Shown: one piece after another, positions 52,967 through 63,672 of the stretch | How positions within the stretch are numbered: the stretch's first letter is position 1 | Layout: the number at the start of each line of letters is the position of its first letter | Source: an uncultured Actinomycetota bacterium | Lineage (GTDB): Bacteria; Actinomycetota; Actinomycetes; JAHEKZ01 | Reading direction: 5' to 3' | DNA length: 64,000 nucleotides | Assembly: GCA_963829525.1 (NCBI GenBank) | Contig: CAWHIJ010000003.1 | Location: 1,056,001 to 1,120,000 of the forward strand | Notes under the pieces: model-generated | Told to the model about the DNA's origin: nothing | The model's input: the letters and a program-made list of their open reading frames with translations, nothing else | Databases searched by the model: none | Made by a program: the position numbers and the translations under genes

Positions 52967-54169
52967 CTAGATGAGCAGACTCTCGGCGTAGGGGTAGGGC
53001 GCGAGCACCTCGGTACCCTCGGCTGTCACAAGGATCTCGTTGCCGAACTTGATTCCGACCGAGTGGCCAACCTCGCCCAGGTAGCACTCAACAACGAACG
53101 CCATGTTCTCCTCGATCACCGTTTCGGCGTTGGACTGCTCGTCCTCCGGGTGGCAGACGCTCGGTGATTCCTCCTCCAATCCAACGCTGTGGAGCATGAT
53201 CTCGTATCGCTGAGCGAAGTAGCGCTCGGGGATCTTCGGTGCGGCGGCGGCAAGCTCCCCACACGTGATCCCCGGGCGAACGAGTTCGGTCATCGCGGTG
53301 ACCCAATCGTGGGCGATGCGATAGAGGTCTCGCTGCTCGGTTGTCGGGGTCACATCGCCGCAGACGAACGCCCGCGATACGCAGAAGAAGCAACCTTCGA
53401 TGCCGACAGTGTCGGTGTCGATATAGACAAAGTCGCCGGCCTCGATCACCCGATCCGTCGCCTCCGCGCGCCAGGGGTTTGTATTCGGTCCGGAGCAGAC
53501 GGTGTTGGTCGCAAAGTACTCTGCGCCGCGGGCGAGCATCGCCCCCGCATACACGGCAAACAGCTCCTGCTCGGTAATGCCTGGAATGAGCGCCTTCTCG
53601 AACTCGCCAAGCCCTTCGACAACGAGCTGCCCGTTCAGTCGAAACGCCGCAACTTCCTGGGACGTCTTCACCTGACGCGCCTCCTGGGTGGTGGGTGAGG
53701 AGTCAACCAGCACCAATCCCTGGTCTTGCAGCGCCAATACGGCCGGCATTCCAAGGCGGTCAACACCGATACGCTCGCCCTTCACTCCGAGTTCACGGAG
53801 CGCTGCCACGGCCTCGCGCGCGAACACGCTGGCTTCTGCCGCAGGATCGTCGAAGAATTCCCAGAGATGCATTCGGCGCACGTCCTTGGCGCGAGTTGCC
53901 GAGCGATGCATCGAGTTGCCATGCTCAAACAAGATGGGATCTCCCTCGACCGGGACCACCGCACACCGGGTAAAGGTGCTCATACTCCAGATAGGCATGG
54001 CGGTAGCGCCAGTTGCGTACCGGGCGTTGGGCTCGCTGAACAGCAGGCACGCCTCTAGGTCGCGGGTGCGCATCGATGCTTGTAGGCGCGCCAAACGCTC
54101 TGTTCGCAACAAATCGACATCGATCGAGATGCGGGAGGCGGCGCTGGTTGGTTCGACAGACAGCGTCAT
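52967..54169 (-). CDS. M24 (Xaa-Pro peptidase fold) protein, DddP-like subgroup
   Basis: RLARL, NARYATG, SGPNTNPW, IDTD, MLHSVGL, VVECY. Confidence 0.8.
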   Translation of the reverse strand: MTLSVEPTSAASRISIDVDLLRTERLARLQASMRTRDLEACLLFSEPNARYATGATAMPIWSMSTFTRCAVVPVEGDPILFEHGNSMHRSATRAKDVRRMHLWEFFDDPAAEASVFAREAVAALRELGVKGERIGVDRLGMPAVLALQDQGLVLVDSSPTTQEARQVKTSQEVAAFRLNGQLVVEGLGEFEKALIPGITEQELFAVYAGAMLARGAEYFATNTVCSGPNTNPWRAEATDRVIEAGDFVYIDTDTVGIEGCFFCVSRAFVCGDVTPTTEQRDLYRIAHDWVTAMTELVRPGITCGELAAAAPKIPERYFAQRYEIMLHSVGLEEESPSVCHPEDEQSNAETVIEENMAFVVECYLGEVGHSVGIKFGNEILVTAEGTEVLAPYPYAESLLI

Positions 54170-54179
54170 CGGGTGGCTC

Positions 54180-54530
54180 CTATGGGGGAGTGCGGGCTGC
54201 TGCAGCATGCGGGGTCACGCTCTCCCAGTGCCGCGTTGCGATCAGATCGTCGTTCTCGAACATCTCAACGGTGAGATCGAAGAAGCAGTGAGAAGCGTCA
54301 CTCTTCAGCACCAAATGGGCCTTCGCAAGAGCAGTCACCGCGGGCAAGGTGACCTGCGGAGCGGGAGATCCGGCAGGGTCTTGGCGTGCGCGAGAACCGA
54401 AGGCGTGCTCGACTCGTGCCACCGGACCCACCGGCTTTTGCACCTGCGTTCTTTTCGCGAAAGCCGAGCATGCGGTCGACTTCGACGAGACGGGCCGGAT
54501 CAAGCGCTGAAGGACCCTGGCCGGTCACCG
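54180..54530 (-). pseudogene. C-terminal fragment resembling CocE/NonD hydrolases
   Basis: LKSDASHCFFDLTVEMFEND.LIATRHWES tail, directly upstream of the M24 gene; no N-terminus. Confidence 0.4.
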
Positions 54531-54623
54531 CGTCAAACTTCCGAATGGATGGCAGGCTAGCTACGTGGATTCAGGGCTCGTCGCCGGTATGCCCTGGTGC
54601 GGGCAGCACGGCGGTACCGCGGG

Positions 54624-55677
54624 TCACTCGTCAGGGGGACGCTCGCTCATCGTTGACGCGCCGCGCGCGTCTAGGTGGGGCTCATCGTGTTCGAGGTGGC
54701 GGGTGGGTCGGTCGTGGGAGGGTCCGCGGAGGGGGTCGTTCGCCTCGGGGCTTCCTGTGCTGCGAGTAGGCGGCCGCGGACGCGGGGCTCGAAGGATGTG
54801 CGCAGCTCCGCCGGTGGCCGGACGTCCTGTGCCCACCGCCCGTAGCGGCGCGCCCCCGGGGACGCGCTCAGCCCGTGCAACAGGACGCTGAGCAGGACGG
54901 CGACCGAGATCGCCGCCAGGACTGTGCGGAGGTTCTCATCCCCTTCCAGGGTCTCGATCGCCAACAGCGCGAACACCACGCTGGCCAGGCCACGGGGGCC
55001 GAACCAGCCGATGAACAACCACGTGGGTGGACGAAATCCCGTGCCCACCAGGCTCAGGACCACAGGGCCCATGCGCAGCACGGTCAGGGCCAGCAGAGCG
55101 AACAGCAGCTCACGGGCACCGACCGCCGACCACACCAGGGGAACCGTCGCGAACCCGAAGACCAGCCACACCGCGTATCCCATCGGGTCAGCCAAGGCCT
55201 CGGTGAGCTCAAGTGCCGTGTCTTCGTGCTGGATCCACCGGGCGGTCCCGGCGAAGGCAGTGCCGGCGATGAACGCGGCGACGAACCCGTTGGCGACCAG
55301 CAGCAGTGCGCTGCCGTACGCCAGCAGGGGCAGGGTCAGCACCCCGAGGGCGCGACTGGCGGGCGTGCTCCACCGGGTGCGTCGCGACAGCCCGAGCAGG
55401 ATCCCGCCCAGGGAGCCCCAGACGATCCCCAGCGCAACCCCCAGACCGAGGTCGACCATGGCCGCGCCCAGGGATACGACCGGTTGCAGACCCTCCTGCC
55501 CGGCGAAGGCGGCCAGGGCAGAACAGGACCACTGGGGTGGCCAGGCCGTCGTTCAGGCCACTCTCCACGTTGAGCAGGCGACGCACCCGGATCGGCACCT
55601 GGGGGTTCAGGACGGTCGGCGCCCCCAGCCCGGCGTCGGTGGGGGCCAGCGCGGCGCGAGACAGCTCCGGGCCCTGA
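54624..55677 (-). pseudogene. Cation:proton antiporter (NhaP/CPA1), 5'-truncated and frameshifted
   Basis: LAPTDAGLG, NVESGLNDG, NGFVAAFIAG, IGWFGPRGLASVVF. Confidence 0.8.
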
Positions 55678-57097
55678 ATGCGATCTTTCTCCGCCTTCGA
55701 CGCCGCCGCTCCCGCGGCCACTGTCGCGGCAGGCGAGCGCCTGCTCCTGAGTTCAGAAGCGACCTGGGCGTATCTTCTCCTGCGACCTGGCATGGAATTC
55801 GTCCGACAACGGTCCAACTTCATTTTGGGATGGCAGGCGGCCGCGGCGCAGGGTGCGTCGCTGAGCGAAGGCGCCTCGGCTGGGGCGATCGGACAAGCAG
55901 GGATACCGCCGCTTGGCTCGTGGATGAACCTGTCCGGAGCTGACCTCGCCCGCGACTCGAACCGTGCTACCCAGCAACGACGCCATTTACGGCGCTGCCC
56001 ATCTTGAGCTCGACCTGATGGGGCCGGTCGTGGTATCCATCCCGGAGGCGAAGTCGCCCACCTATTACTCGGTCGCAGTGATGGACGCGCATCTCAACAA
56101 CGTGGCTCACCTCGGGCCGCGTTGGACCGGTCTAGGCGCGTCACAGCATCTGATCGTTCCTCCGGGCTGGACTGGACGTGTGCCGAGCGACCTGCGCCTC
56201 ATCCACGCCCCCACGGTATCGGTGTGTCTGTACAACCGTGTGCTGGTCGGCTTCGAGCCCGATGCCGTCGAACGTGCCCGGCTCTGGCGCGAGGGGATTC
56301 GCCTGACGCCGCTCGCGAAGTGGGGAAGCGTGGATACCACCCCCGACCCCGTGCCGCTTGATGACTTCGTCCACCCTGAGATCAACACACTCACCGATGC
56401 CGTGACCTACCTGCGTATAGGCGCGGCGCACCTGCAGCGCAACCCGTTGGTCGAAGCGGCCGGATGGCTGTCCGCCCTCGTCGAAGATGTGGCGGCCGAA
56501 GCGTCCGAAGGCAGCGTGACCGCCAAGGAGGCGTGCGAGGTCGGCTGCGCAGCGGCTACCACGATCATCGATGCGTTGCTTACGTCCTGGCCACGGGCGA
56601 ACGGCTGGATGCTGCCTCAACCCGACCTCGGGCTGCCGAATCCACGTGTGGCGATGAGCGCGGCCTACCAGCAGTTCCAGATCGGTTCGAACGACATCTC
56701 AGAGTCCGCCTACTGGTTTACCGACTCCGATGCTGACGGTACGCCGCTGGACGCGTCCGGTGGCGACTCGTTCACCCTGCGGTTCGCCCGTGAGCAACTC
56801 CCCGACCACCACGAATCCGGGTACTGGTCGGTGACGATGTACGACGTGAACAGTTTTCTCGTCGACAACTCGCTCAACCGATATGCCACCCGGATCGATC
56901 GTCCGGGATTCGTCCGTGACGGCGATGGTGGCGCGACGATCGTGATGTCGCGCACCCTGCCGGCGGGCGTCGACGAGGCGAACTGGTTACCGGCGCCCTC
57001 AGGGAGATTCCGACTCGGTCTGCGGCTCTACTACCCCGGCAACGCGGTCATCACGGGGGAGTGGGTTCCGCCACCCGTGCTGCGCTTACCGAAGTAG
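55678..57097 (+). CDS. DUF1254/DUF1214 domain protein, frameshift near 55960
   Basis: PSNDAIYG, YYSV, D.DG.PLD, YWSVTMYD, NWLPAP, LRLYYP. Confidence 0.78.
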
Positions 57098-57117
57098 CGG
57101 TTGGACCGAGCGCCGCG

Positions 57118-57134
57118 TCACCCGGCCGGTGTGA
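57118..57134. promoter_or_regulatory. TCACCC-N5-GGGTGA-type operator
   Basis: TCACCC-GGCCG-GTGTGA, intergenic, upstream of 57232. Confidence 0.5.
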
Positions 57135-57231
57135 AAACTGGGGTCAGGATCCTAGCTCTGTCGACTGTGCTCACAGACTGGTTGGAAGCGAGCCGCCCCT
57201 GCTGGCTCGTGCCCAGCCCGAGGAGGCCACC

Positions 57232-58965
57232 ATGGCGGTCGACACCGCCCCCGAGGTGCACGAACCAGCCCCGCCGGAGACCCCGTCGCCGCAACGGTCG
57301 AGGGTCCGTCGCGCGTTCGCACGGCTCAGCCGACCGGGTCTGTTTGTGGGAAGCCTGCTGTTCGCCGCCTCGTTGCAGCCGTCACTTTTGCCGCGAACAC
57401 CGTTGATCCAGGGCGTCGTCTCGGGGATCAGCGTGGCTCTGGGCTACGGGGTAGGCACCGGCATCCACGCCTTGTGGCGCTACCTCCAGATCCCACCGCT
57501 CCGGGGTCGCTGGCGGTCCGGTTTCCGGTGGCTGGCGATCGCGCTGGCGACGGCCGCAGTCACGCTGTCGACCTGGCAGAACGTGGGCTGGCAGAACGAG
57601 CTGCGCGAGCTGTTCGGCATGCCTCCGACGTCGTGGACCGGCTGGCCCACCAGCGTCATCGTGACCCTCGTCGTCGGGGTCCTGTTGCTTCTGATCGCTC
57701 GCGGTCTGCGCTGGCTCTTCCGGTTGGTGATCGGCTGGTTCCGTCATGTGCTGCCGCCACGCCTGGCGACCACCGCGGGCGTGATCAGCGTGGTCGCACT
57801 GTTGTGGCTGGTGGCGTCCGGTCTGCTGGTGCGAGGCTTCTGGGCCGGGGCGAGCGCAGTGTTCGCCCCGGGCAATGACGTCAACAAGCCGGGAATCAGT
57901 GCCCCGCCGACGTCAGGGCTGAGATCGGGCAGCAGCGAGTCTCTGGTCTCGTGGGACAGCCTGGGACGCGAAGGTCGTGCATTTGTCGCGTCCGGCCCGA
58001 CGGTGGATGACCTCGAGAAAGTCTCGCCGGACGTTCCGGCCGACGAGCCGATCCGCGTCTTCGTGGGACTCGAGTCCGCCGACACCGTCGAGGAGCGCGC
58101 GCAGCTGGTGCTCGACGAGCTGAAGCGGACCGACGCATTCGATCGCAAGGTGCTGGTTCTCGCGACGACAACCGGGTCCGGCTTCATCGACCCAGGGTCG
58201 GCCGACAGCTTCGAGTACCTCTGGCACGGTGACACTGCGATCGCCGGCATGCAGTACTCCTACCTGCCCAGCTGGCTCAGCTTGCTGGCCGATCAGCAGA
58301 ACGTTCTTGACGCTTCCCAGGCGACCTTCCAGACCGTGTACTCGTACCTCAGGACCTTGCCCGAGAAAGACCGTCCCAAGGTCTACGTCTACGGACTGTC
58401 GCTCGGCTCCTTCGGCGCTCAGTCGGTGCTCACGTCGATCCAGATGCTGAACGACCCGATCGACGGCGCGCTGCTGGTCGGTCCGCCGTTCCTCAACCCG
58501 TTGCACACCCGACTCACCGCCGAGCGTGACCCTGGGTCGCCCCCGTGGCGTCCGGTCTACCAAGAGGGACAGACCGTGCGCTTCACCGCGCAAGAGCCCG
58601 TGCTCGAGTCACAGCCGTCGGGTCCGTGGGGACCGACACGCATCGGCTACGTGCAGCACGGCTCCGACCCGGTCGTGTGGTTCTCACCTGATCTGCTGCT
58701 CCAGAGCCCGGAATGGCTCGAGGACGGCCAACGCGCGCCGGATGTCTCACCGCAGTTCACGTGGTCGGCCGGAGTGACGATGTGGCAGGTGCTCTTTGAC
58801 CTGACCGCCGCAGGCAGCGTCCCTTGGGGCTACGGGCATCGCTACCCAGCTAGCGAGAACCTGCCGGCGTGGGACGCGGTCTCACAACCGCCTGGCTGGA
58901 CGCAGCAGGAGATCACCGAGCTCGGCCAGCAACTCGACGCCGACCTGAACGAGACCGGCGGTTGA
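57232..58965 (+). CDS. Membrane alpha/beta-hydrolase family protein (Abhydrolase_9-like)
   Basis: SLQPSLLPR, WDSLGREG, TTGSG, QYSYLPSW, YGLSLGS, HGSDPV, GYGHRY; AGGAGG RBS. Confidence 0.88.
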   Translation: MAVDTAPEVHEPAPPETPSPQRSRVRRAFARLSRPGLFVGSLLFAASLQPSLLPRTPLIQGVVSGISVALGYGVGTGIHALWRYLQIPPLRGRWRSGFRWLAIALATAAVTLSTWQNVGWQNELRELFGMPPTSWTGWPTSVIVTLVVGVLLLLIARGLRWLFRLVIGWFRHVLPPRLATTAGVISVVALLWLVASGLLVRGFWAGASAVFAPGNDVNKPGISAPPTSGLRSGSSESLVSWDSLGREGRAFVASGPTVDDLEKVSPDVPADEPIRVFVGLESADTVEERAQLVLDELKRTDAFDRKVLVLATTTGSGFIDPGSADSFEYLWHGDTAIAGMQYSYLPSWLSLLADQQNVLDASQATFQTVYSYLRTLPEKDRPKVYVYGLSLGSFGAQSVLTSIQMLNDPIDGALLVGPPFLNPLHTRLTAERDPGSPPWRPVYQEGQTVRFTAQEPVLESQPSGPWGPTRIGYVQHGSDPVVWFSPDLLLQSPEWLEDGQRAPDVSPQFTWSAGVTMWQVLFDLTAAGSVPWGYGHRYPASENLPAWDAVSQPPGWTQQEITELGQQLDADLNETGG

Positions 58966-59054
58966 ACGCTTCACCCACCTGACGGCGCTGCCGTGCTCAC
59001 CAGGGGTGAGTCGGATCACGGGCTCGAAACGTCGCAGCCGCTCGAGGTCGGATG

Positions 59055-59696
59055 TCACCCGAACACTCCCTTGGCCAGGAGAACGAGGCCCAGGGCCGTG
59101 CAGATGACGCCCATGATCAGTCGGTTGCGGCGGATCAGCCAGACCCGCATGGAGTCCAGGCGTCGCTCGGCACTCTGCCCGCCGAGCAGCGCATAACCCG
59201 CGGCAGCGGTGTAGGGGGCCGTGGCCACCAAGACGAAGACGACACCACTGAGCCAAGGCGTGGAGGTGGCACCCAGAGTCTGGCCGGCAGCCAGCAGGAG
59301 CACCGCGTTCTTCGGGTTGACGAAGGTGGCGCCGAATGCCAAGAAGGCCACGGCCGCAGGCCCCATGCCTGCGACGGTCGAGAGCACGGCCGGCTCTGAC
59401 TCGTCTTGGCGGTTGCGCCAGTTCTTGACGCCGATGACGATCAGCAGCAGACCGAGCACGACGAGGATGACCTGCATGGCGGTGCTGGTGCCGCCACCGT
59501 TGCCGTCGGCCACGTTGCCACCGGCGGCGCCCAGCACCAGCAGGATGGCGGTGAGCAACAGCAGAGAGACGACGAAGGCGATCGTGTTGACCGTTCTGCG
59601 TCGACTGAACAGCACCAGGATGAGCTCGATCAGGGCAGCGGGGCTGAACGCCACACCGATCGCAACCGGTATCAGCGTCACCAGGTTCGCACTCAC
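59055..59696 (-). CDS. GAP (Sap/DUF2910-like) family membrane protein
   Basis: AIGVAFSP, VNPKN, RVWLIRRNRLIM. Confidence 0.8.
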   Translation of the reverse strand: MSANLVTLIPVAIGVAFSPAALIELILVLFSRRRTVNTIAFVVSLLLLTAILLVLGAAGGNVADGNGGGTSTAMQVILVVLGLLLIVIGVKNWRNRQDESEPAVLSTVAGMGPAAVAFLAFGATFVNPKNAVLLLAAGQTLGATSTPWLSGVVFVLVATAPYTAAAGYALLGGQSAERRLDSMRVWLIRRNRLIMGVICTALGLVLLAKGVFG

Positions 59697-59697
59697 C

Positions 59698-61011
59698 TCA
59701 TGTCGCCTTGGTCAGCATCGCGCCGCTCCGCTGGACGCCGGGCGCGGTCCAAGACCCATCCCTGATCGATTCGCGTGGCAGGTAGGTGCGGAAAGTAAGC
59801 CGGAACTGGCCGGCCGGACATGGCAGCCAGTTGGGCAACAGGTGTTCAGGCGGTCGCTCGTTCTGCACGCGGATGGTGATCGCGCCGCGATCGTCTCGGT
59901 ACATCGAGCCGACGTCTCGACTGCTCAGGGCGTATCGATCGATCGGGTTGGCGTAGAGGTGCTGGTCGTCGTCGTAGACGGTAATCGACCAGAAGGCGTC
60001 GACCGGAGGCAGAACCTGGTCGGTGAAGGTGATCCGGTATTCATGACTCCCGTCGAACGGATGGCCGTCGGCGTCGCCCTGGTACCCGACGCCGAGGTAC
60101 TCCTCGGCAGCATTGCCGAGGATGCCGAGCAGTGCGCCGGCTGCCCTGGTGAGGTAGTCGTGGCCGAGGAACTCGCGCGACCCAAAGAGCTCAGCGGACG
60201 ACCGCACGGTCTGAGTCCGTGCCACCACGTCGACCAACCCGTCCGCCATGCCCGCAATGGACTCGTCGCGTGTGGTCGGAGTGTCAAGCATCTGGTCGAC
60301 TCGACCGGTTCCGGCACCGAGACGGCACAGCTCTTCACGGATCTCCGTCTCATCGGCGAGCACCGGCATGTACTGCAGCATCCAGTCCAGCACCTTGAGG
60401 AACTGCAGATCGGCCGGGCCTCGGACGTCACACGGCTCCATGGGCTCCAGCGGCGGTGTCGAGCTAGGTTGCCTGCCACCGGTGTACGTCGACAGTGGCG
60501 TGACGTGCATGCCGCTTTGCAGTGCGATCACCTCGGGCAGGTCCTCGGGACCGAAAAGCTGGGTGCGAATCAAGACCACGGCTAGCTCGGTCGGCACGCG
60601 AAACACCGTCATGCCGTCGGGAACGAGGCCTTGCCACTCCGGCCCAGCGATGAGGTAGTCGCCCCCATGCCGCCCCGTCGTCCGCGGCGACACGTACCCG
60701 ACGATGTAGGTGTAGAGGTCGACGATCTGTGCGGAGACGTAGCGGTCGTCCTCGTGCGCCGGCATCGTGAGCACCATGGGTTCGGCTCGCAGGTCGAGCC
60801 ACGCGTACGAGTACGGCGTGTCGACGTTCATCGCCACGATCGAGAGGTCCGAGGGGTCCGACAGGCGTCGGGAGTGGCCAATCTCGTTGAGCGGTGCCTT
60901 GAACTCCGGCGACGTCGGCTCGAGCGAGAAGTTGCGCAGGATGCGATACAAGTCGACTGTGGGAAGTCCGTAGACGAATGCGTCCCGGGCGACGGTTCGG
61001 ATTGAACTCAC
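59698..61011 (-). CDS. DUF1254/DUF1214 domain protein
   Basis: AFVYGLP, NVDTPYSYAWLDLRAEP, YLIAGP, PPVDAFWSITVY, NWLP. Confidence 0.88.
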   Translation of the reverse strand: MSSIRTVARDAFVYGLPTVDLYRILRNFSLEPTSPEFKAPLNEIGHSRRLSDPSDLSIVAMNVDTPYSYAWLDLRAEPMVLTMPAHEDDRYVSAQIVDLYTYIVGYVSPRTTGRHGGDYLIAGPEWQGLVPDGMTVFRVPTELAVVLIRTQLFGPEDLPEVIALQSGMHVTPLSTYTGGRQPSSTPPLEPMEPCDVRGPADLQFLKVLDWMLQYMPVLADETEIREELCRLGAGTGRVDQMLDTPTTRDESIAGMADGLVDVVARTQTVRSSAELFGSREFLGHDYLTRAAGALLGILGNAAEEYLGVGYQGDADGHPFDGSHEYRITFTDQVLPPVDAFWSITVYDDDQHLYANPIDRYALSSRDVGSMYRDDRGAITIRVQNERPPEHLLPNWLPCPAGQFRLTFRTYLPRESIRDGSWTAPGVQRSGAMLTKAT

Positions 61012-61062
61012 ACCCCGTGTTTACTCGGCCGCCGAGCACACTGGCAGTGGTGAGGCGAACAG

Positions 61063-61079
61063 TCACCCGCCGCGGGTGA
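61063..61079. promoter_or_regulatory. TCACCC-N5-GGGTGA operator
   Basis: TCACCC-GCCGC-GGGTGA, perfect, upstream of the DUF1254 gene. Confidence 0.6.
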
Positions 61080-61084
61080 CCGGG

Positions 61085-63643
61085 TCAGACCAAGTCGGAC
61101 GCCTGTAGCAACCCAAGTTGGCGGGCGCGTCGGATCGCGTGGTCTCGATCGGCGACGTCAAGCTTGGCGTAGAGGCGACGGAGCCGGGTCTTGATCGTGT
61201 TGACCGAGACGGACAGCTGGTCGGCGATCTCTTGGTTCGTTGCTCTGCTCGGCAGCAACTCGACCAGCTGGATCTCCCCGGCACTGAGCGGGCTGGTGGG
61301 CTGGCGGTGACGGTCAGTTATGCCGTCGTCAGTCGACGTGCGCGGAGCGGCGCGCAGCAGTGATCGGAGACCCTCGTGCCCACGGCGTCCGGCAATGTCG
61401 TCGCCCATGACCCGTAGGCGTACCGAGATGTCGGACATGCAGCGCAGCAGTCCACTCTCGCTGGCCTCATCGGCAACGTCGAGCAACAGCTGCTGCGCTG
61501 AAGCGGTCGACCGCAGGGCCAAGGCCTCGGCGCGCAGGACGTCGAGCTCGACCGAGGCCCGTCGGGTCGTCGGGCTGAGCTTGTCGAGCCGGTCCAACCC
61601 CGATCCAGGACGGCGCAGCTGCGCAAGTCGCACCGCGAGCAGGTCTGCTTCCTGCCCGGCCGGAACTCGATCGAGCAGTCGCTCTGCGCGCACGGGATCG
61701 CCGATCGCGATGCGCAGCCGGATCTCGGTAAGCGCCACTTGGCGCCGCAACGGGCTACCAGGCGCCCGTCCGTCGAGCAGCTCGTGGGCGCTGCGTAGCC
61801 AGTCGAGTGCTTGGGCGATGTCGGACCTGGCTGCGGCAAGCCGCGCAAGTCCGACGAGCGCGAAGACGCCCAGCCCCGCGTGCGCCAGCCGTTGTGCCTG
61901 CTCTTGGGCACGGAGGACGTTGTACTCGCACGCCGCAAGGTCGTCGAGATCGAATGCCGCCATTGCCAAGGTGAGGCGACCCGCTGTGCCCTCGGCAGTA
62001 CCGGTGTCGATGCCTTCGCGCTCGGCGAACGTCACCGCCTCGGTCGCGAGCCTGTGGGCGTGACGGACGTCGCCTTCGGTGAGGGCGATCGCAGCCTTGA
62101 GCTGACGCAAGACCAGGTTGGCGAGTAGCGGTGACGGGGCCATGCCAGGCCTCGTTGCGTCCAAGACCGTTCTTGCCTCGACCACCTTGCCCATCCACAG
62201 CAGCGCACGAGCGACCAACAGCGGAGCGAAGTGGGGTCCGTTGCCCTCTTGGTCGTCACCGAACTGGGCCACTGCGGCAGCGGCATGTCGGTGCATGGCC
62301 TCAGGATCTGCCGCTGAACCGGCCACCGCCGCAGCGAGCAGATCCGCCTCTGCGAGCAGCCGGTGATGTCGAGCGGAACTGGCGCCTGCAGCCAGAAGGG
62401 CGTTCAGGCGCGACACAAGCGCATCGGCCTGCGCAGGGCTGCCACTGAGCATCTTCGCCCATCCCTCACGCAGCGTCAGCTCCGCCTCGTCGTCCAGTGC
62501 ATCAGTCGGCATGAGTTGGTACCACTGGAGAACGGCAGCGCCTTGACCCTTCTCGAACCAGGCGTTCTCGACCGAGTTGATCCGGGCGAGGGCGGCATTG
62601 ATCTGGCCGGCCCCGATGAGGTGCCTAATGTGGGCATCGTCATCACTGCGGGAGGCGTACCACTCGGCCGCATACGCATGGCGGGCGCGCTCGTCCGCGG
62701 GGGCCGGAGGACGGCGACGCAGAAACGCTGTGAGCATCGGCAGCCGTTCCCACTCCGCCGTGAGATCTGCGGACTGGACAGGCATGAGGTGTTGGTGGCG
62801 GTCGACGAGTTCGGACAGCACTCGGTCGGACCCGGTGGTTTGCCGCACTACATCGCACAGACCTCCGCTGAGCCGGTCCAGCACGGACGTGTCAACGAGG
62901 AGCCGCCGTTCACTTTCACCCAGGGTGCTCCACCAGTCACCCAGCAGGGCATCGCAGGCAGTCGTCCGCAGCCACATCTCCATCGTCGCGGCACCGCTGA
63001 TCTCCGACTGCACCAGTGCGGTGACGGCGGTGGGCCATCCGCCGATGAGAGCAAGGAGTGAGTCCACCTCGTGCGAGTCGCCGGTGAGGCGGTCGATCCC
63101 AATGGCTTCGGCGACTTCATCGGTGGTCCAGGCGAGTGCACCCTCGTCCAACACTTCAACAGGGCTGTTGCGCAGGTCCTCCCGAAGCGAGCGTTCCCCT
63201 CCGCGCGTGCTGATGGCGAGGCGCCCTTGCGGCGGAAGTGACCGGGCGACGTGCGCAAGAATCGCGAGACCGTCACGACTCGGCACGTCCAGGCAGTCGA
63301 CCACCAGCCAGAAGGGGCCCAGTGCGGCCCGCTCATGCAGAGCCGAGATGACGTCGTCCGGCTCGGCTGCCGTGGCCGGAGGTGGAGTGTCAGAGGGCAG
63401 ACCCCGAGCTGCAGAGAGCAGTCTTCGGGTGAGACGGTCGCTGGAGTCGGAGCGGTCGAGCGTCACCCAGATCGCCGTGGGATCTCCTGCGACCACGTTC
63501 TGCAGCAGCAAGGTCCGCCCGTACCCCGAAGCTGTGGACAAGATGCAGGTGGCCTGCGGTGGAGTTGCCAAGACCAGTTCGTGCAGGCGTGGCGGCGGAC
63601 CGCACAGTGAGGCGTCCGGATGGGTGGAGAAGCTGGTGGCCAC
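61085..63643 (-). CDS. MalT-like large LuxR-family transcriptional regulator
   Basis: Degenerate P-loop ASGYGRT, GWPTA, TSVLDRL..LCD, TPR-like middle, C-terminal LSAGE...TNQEIADQLSVSVNTIKT HTH; start 63643 or 63676. Confidence 0.88.
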   Translation of the reverse strand: MATSFSTHPDASLCGPPPRLHELVLATPPQATCILSTASGYGRTLLLQNVVAGDPTAIWVTLDRSDSSDRLTRRLLSAARGLPSDTPPPATAAEPDDVISALHERAALGPFWLVVDCLDVPSRDGLAILAHVARSLPPQGRLAISTRGGERSLREDLRNSPVEVLDEGALAWTTDEVAEAIGIDRLTGDSHEVDSLLALIGGWPTAVTALVQSEISGAATMEMWLRTTACDALLGDWWSTLGESERRLLVDTSVLDRLSGGLCDVVRQTTGSDRVLSELVDRHQHLMPVQSADLTAEWERLPMLTAFLRRRPPAPADERARHAYAAEWYASRSDDDAHIRHLIGAGQINAALARINSVENAWFEKGQGAAVLQWYQLMPTDALDDEAELTLREGWAKMLSGSPAQADALVSRLNALLAAGASSARHHRLLAEADLLAAAVAGSAADPEAMHRHAAAAVAQFGDDQEGNGPHFAPLLVARALLWMGKVVEARTVLDATRPGMAPSPLLANLVLRQLKAAIALTEGDVRHAHRLATEAVTFAEREGIDTGTAEGTAGRLTLAMAAFDLDDLAACEYNVLRAQEQAQRLAHAGLGVFALVGLARLAAARSDIAQALDWLRSAHELLDGRAPGSPLRRQVALTEIRLRIAIGDPVRAERLLDRVPAGQEADLLAVRLAQLRRPGSGLDRLDKLSPTTRRASVELDVLRAEALALRSTASAQQLLLDVADEASESGLLRCMSDISVRLRVMGDDIAGRRGHEGLRSLLRAAPRTSTDDGITDRHRQPTSPLSAGEIQLVELLPSRATNQEIADQLSVSVNTIKTRLRRLYAKLDVADRDHAIRRARQLGLLQASDLV

Positions 63644-63672
63644 GCCGCCAATGTAGGCGCATGAGCCTGTGG

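Noticed and set aside
54624-54639. Further operator-like sites (TCACTC-N4-GGGGGA; TCACC-N3-GGTGA near 58997)
   Set aside because: Wrong spacing, and they overlap coding ends or gene stumps.
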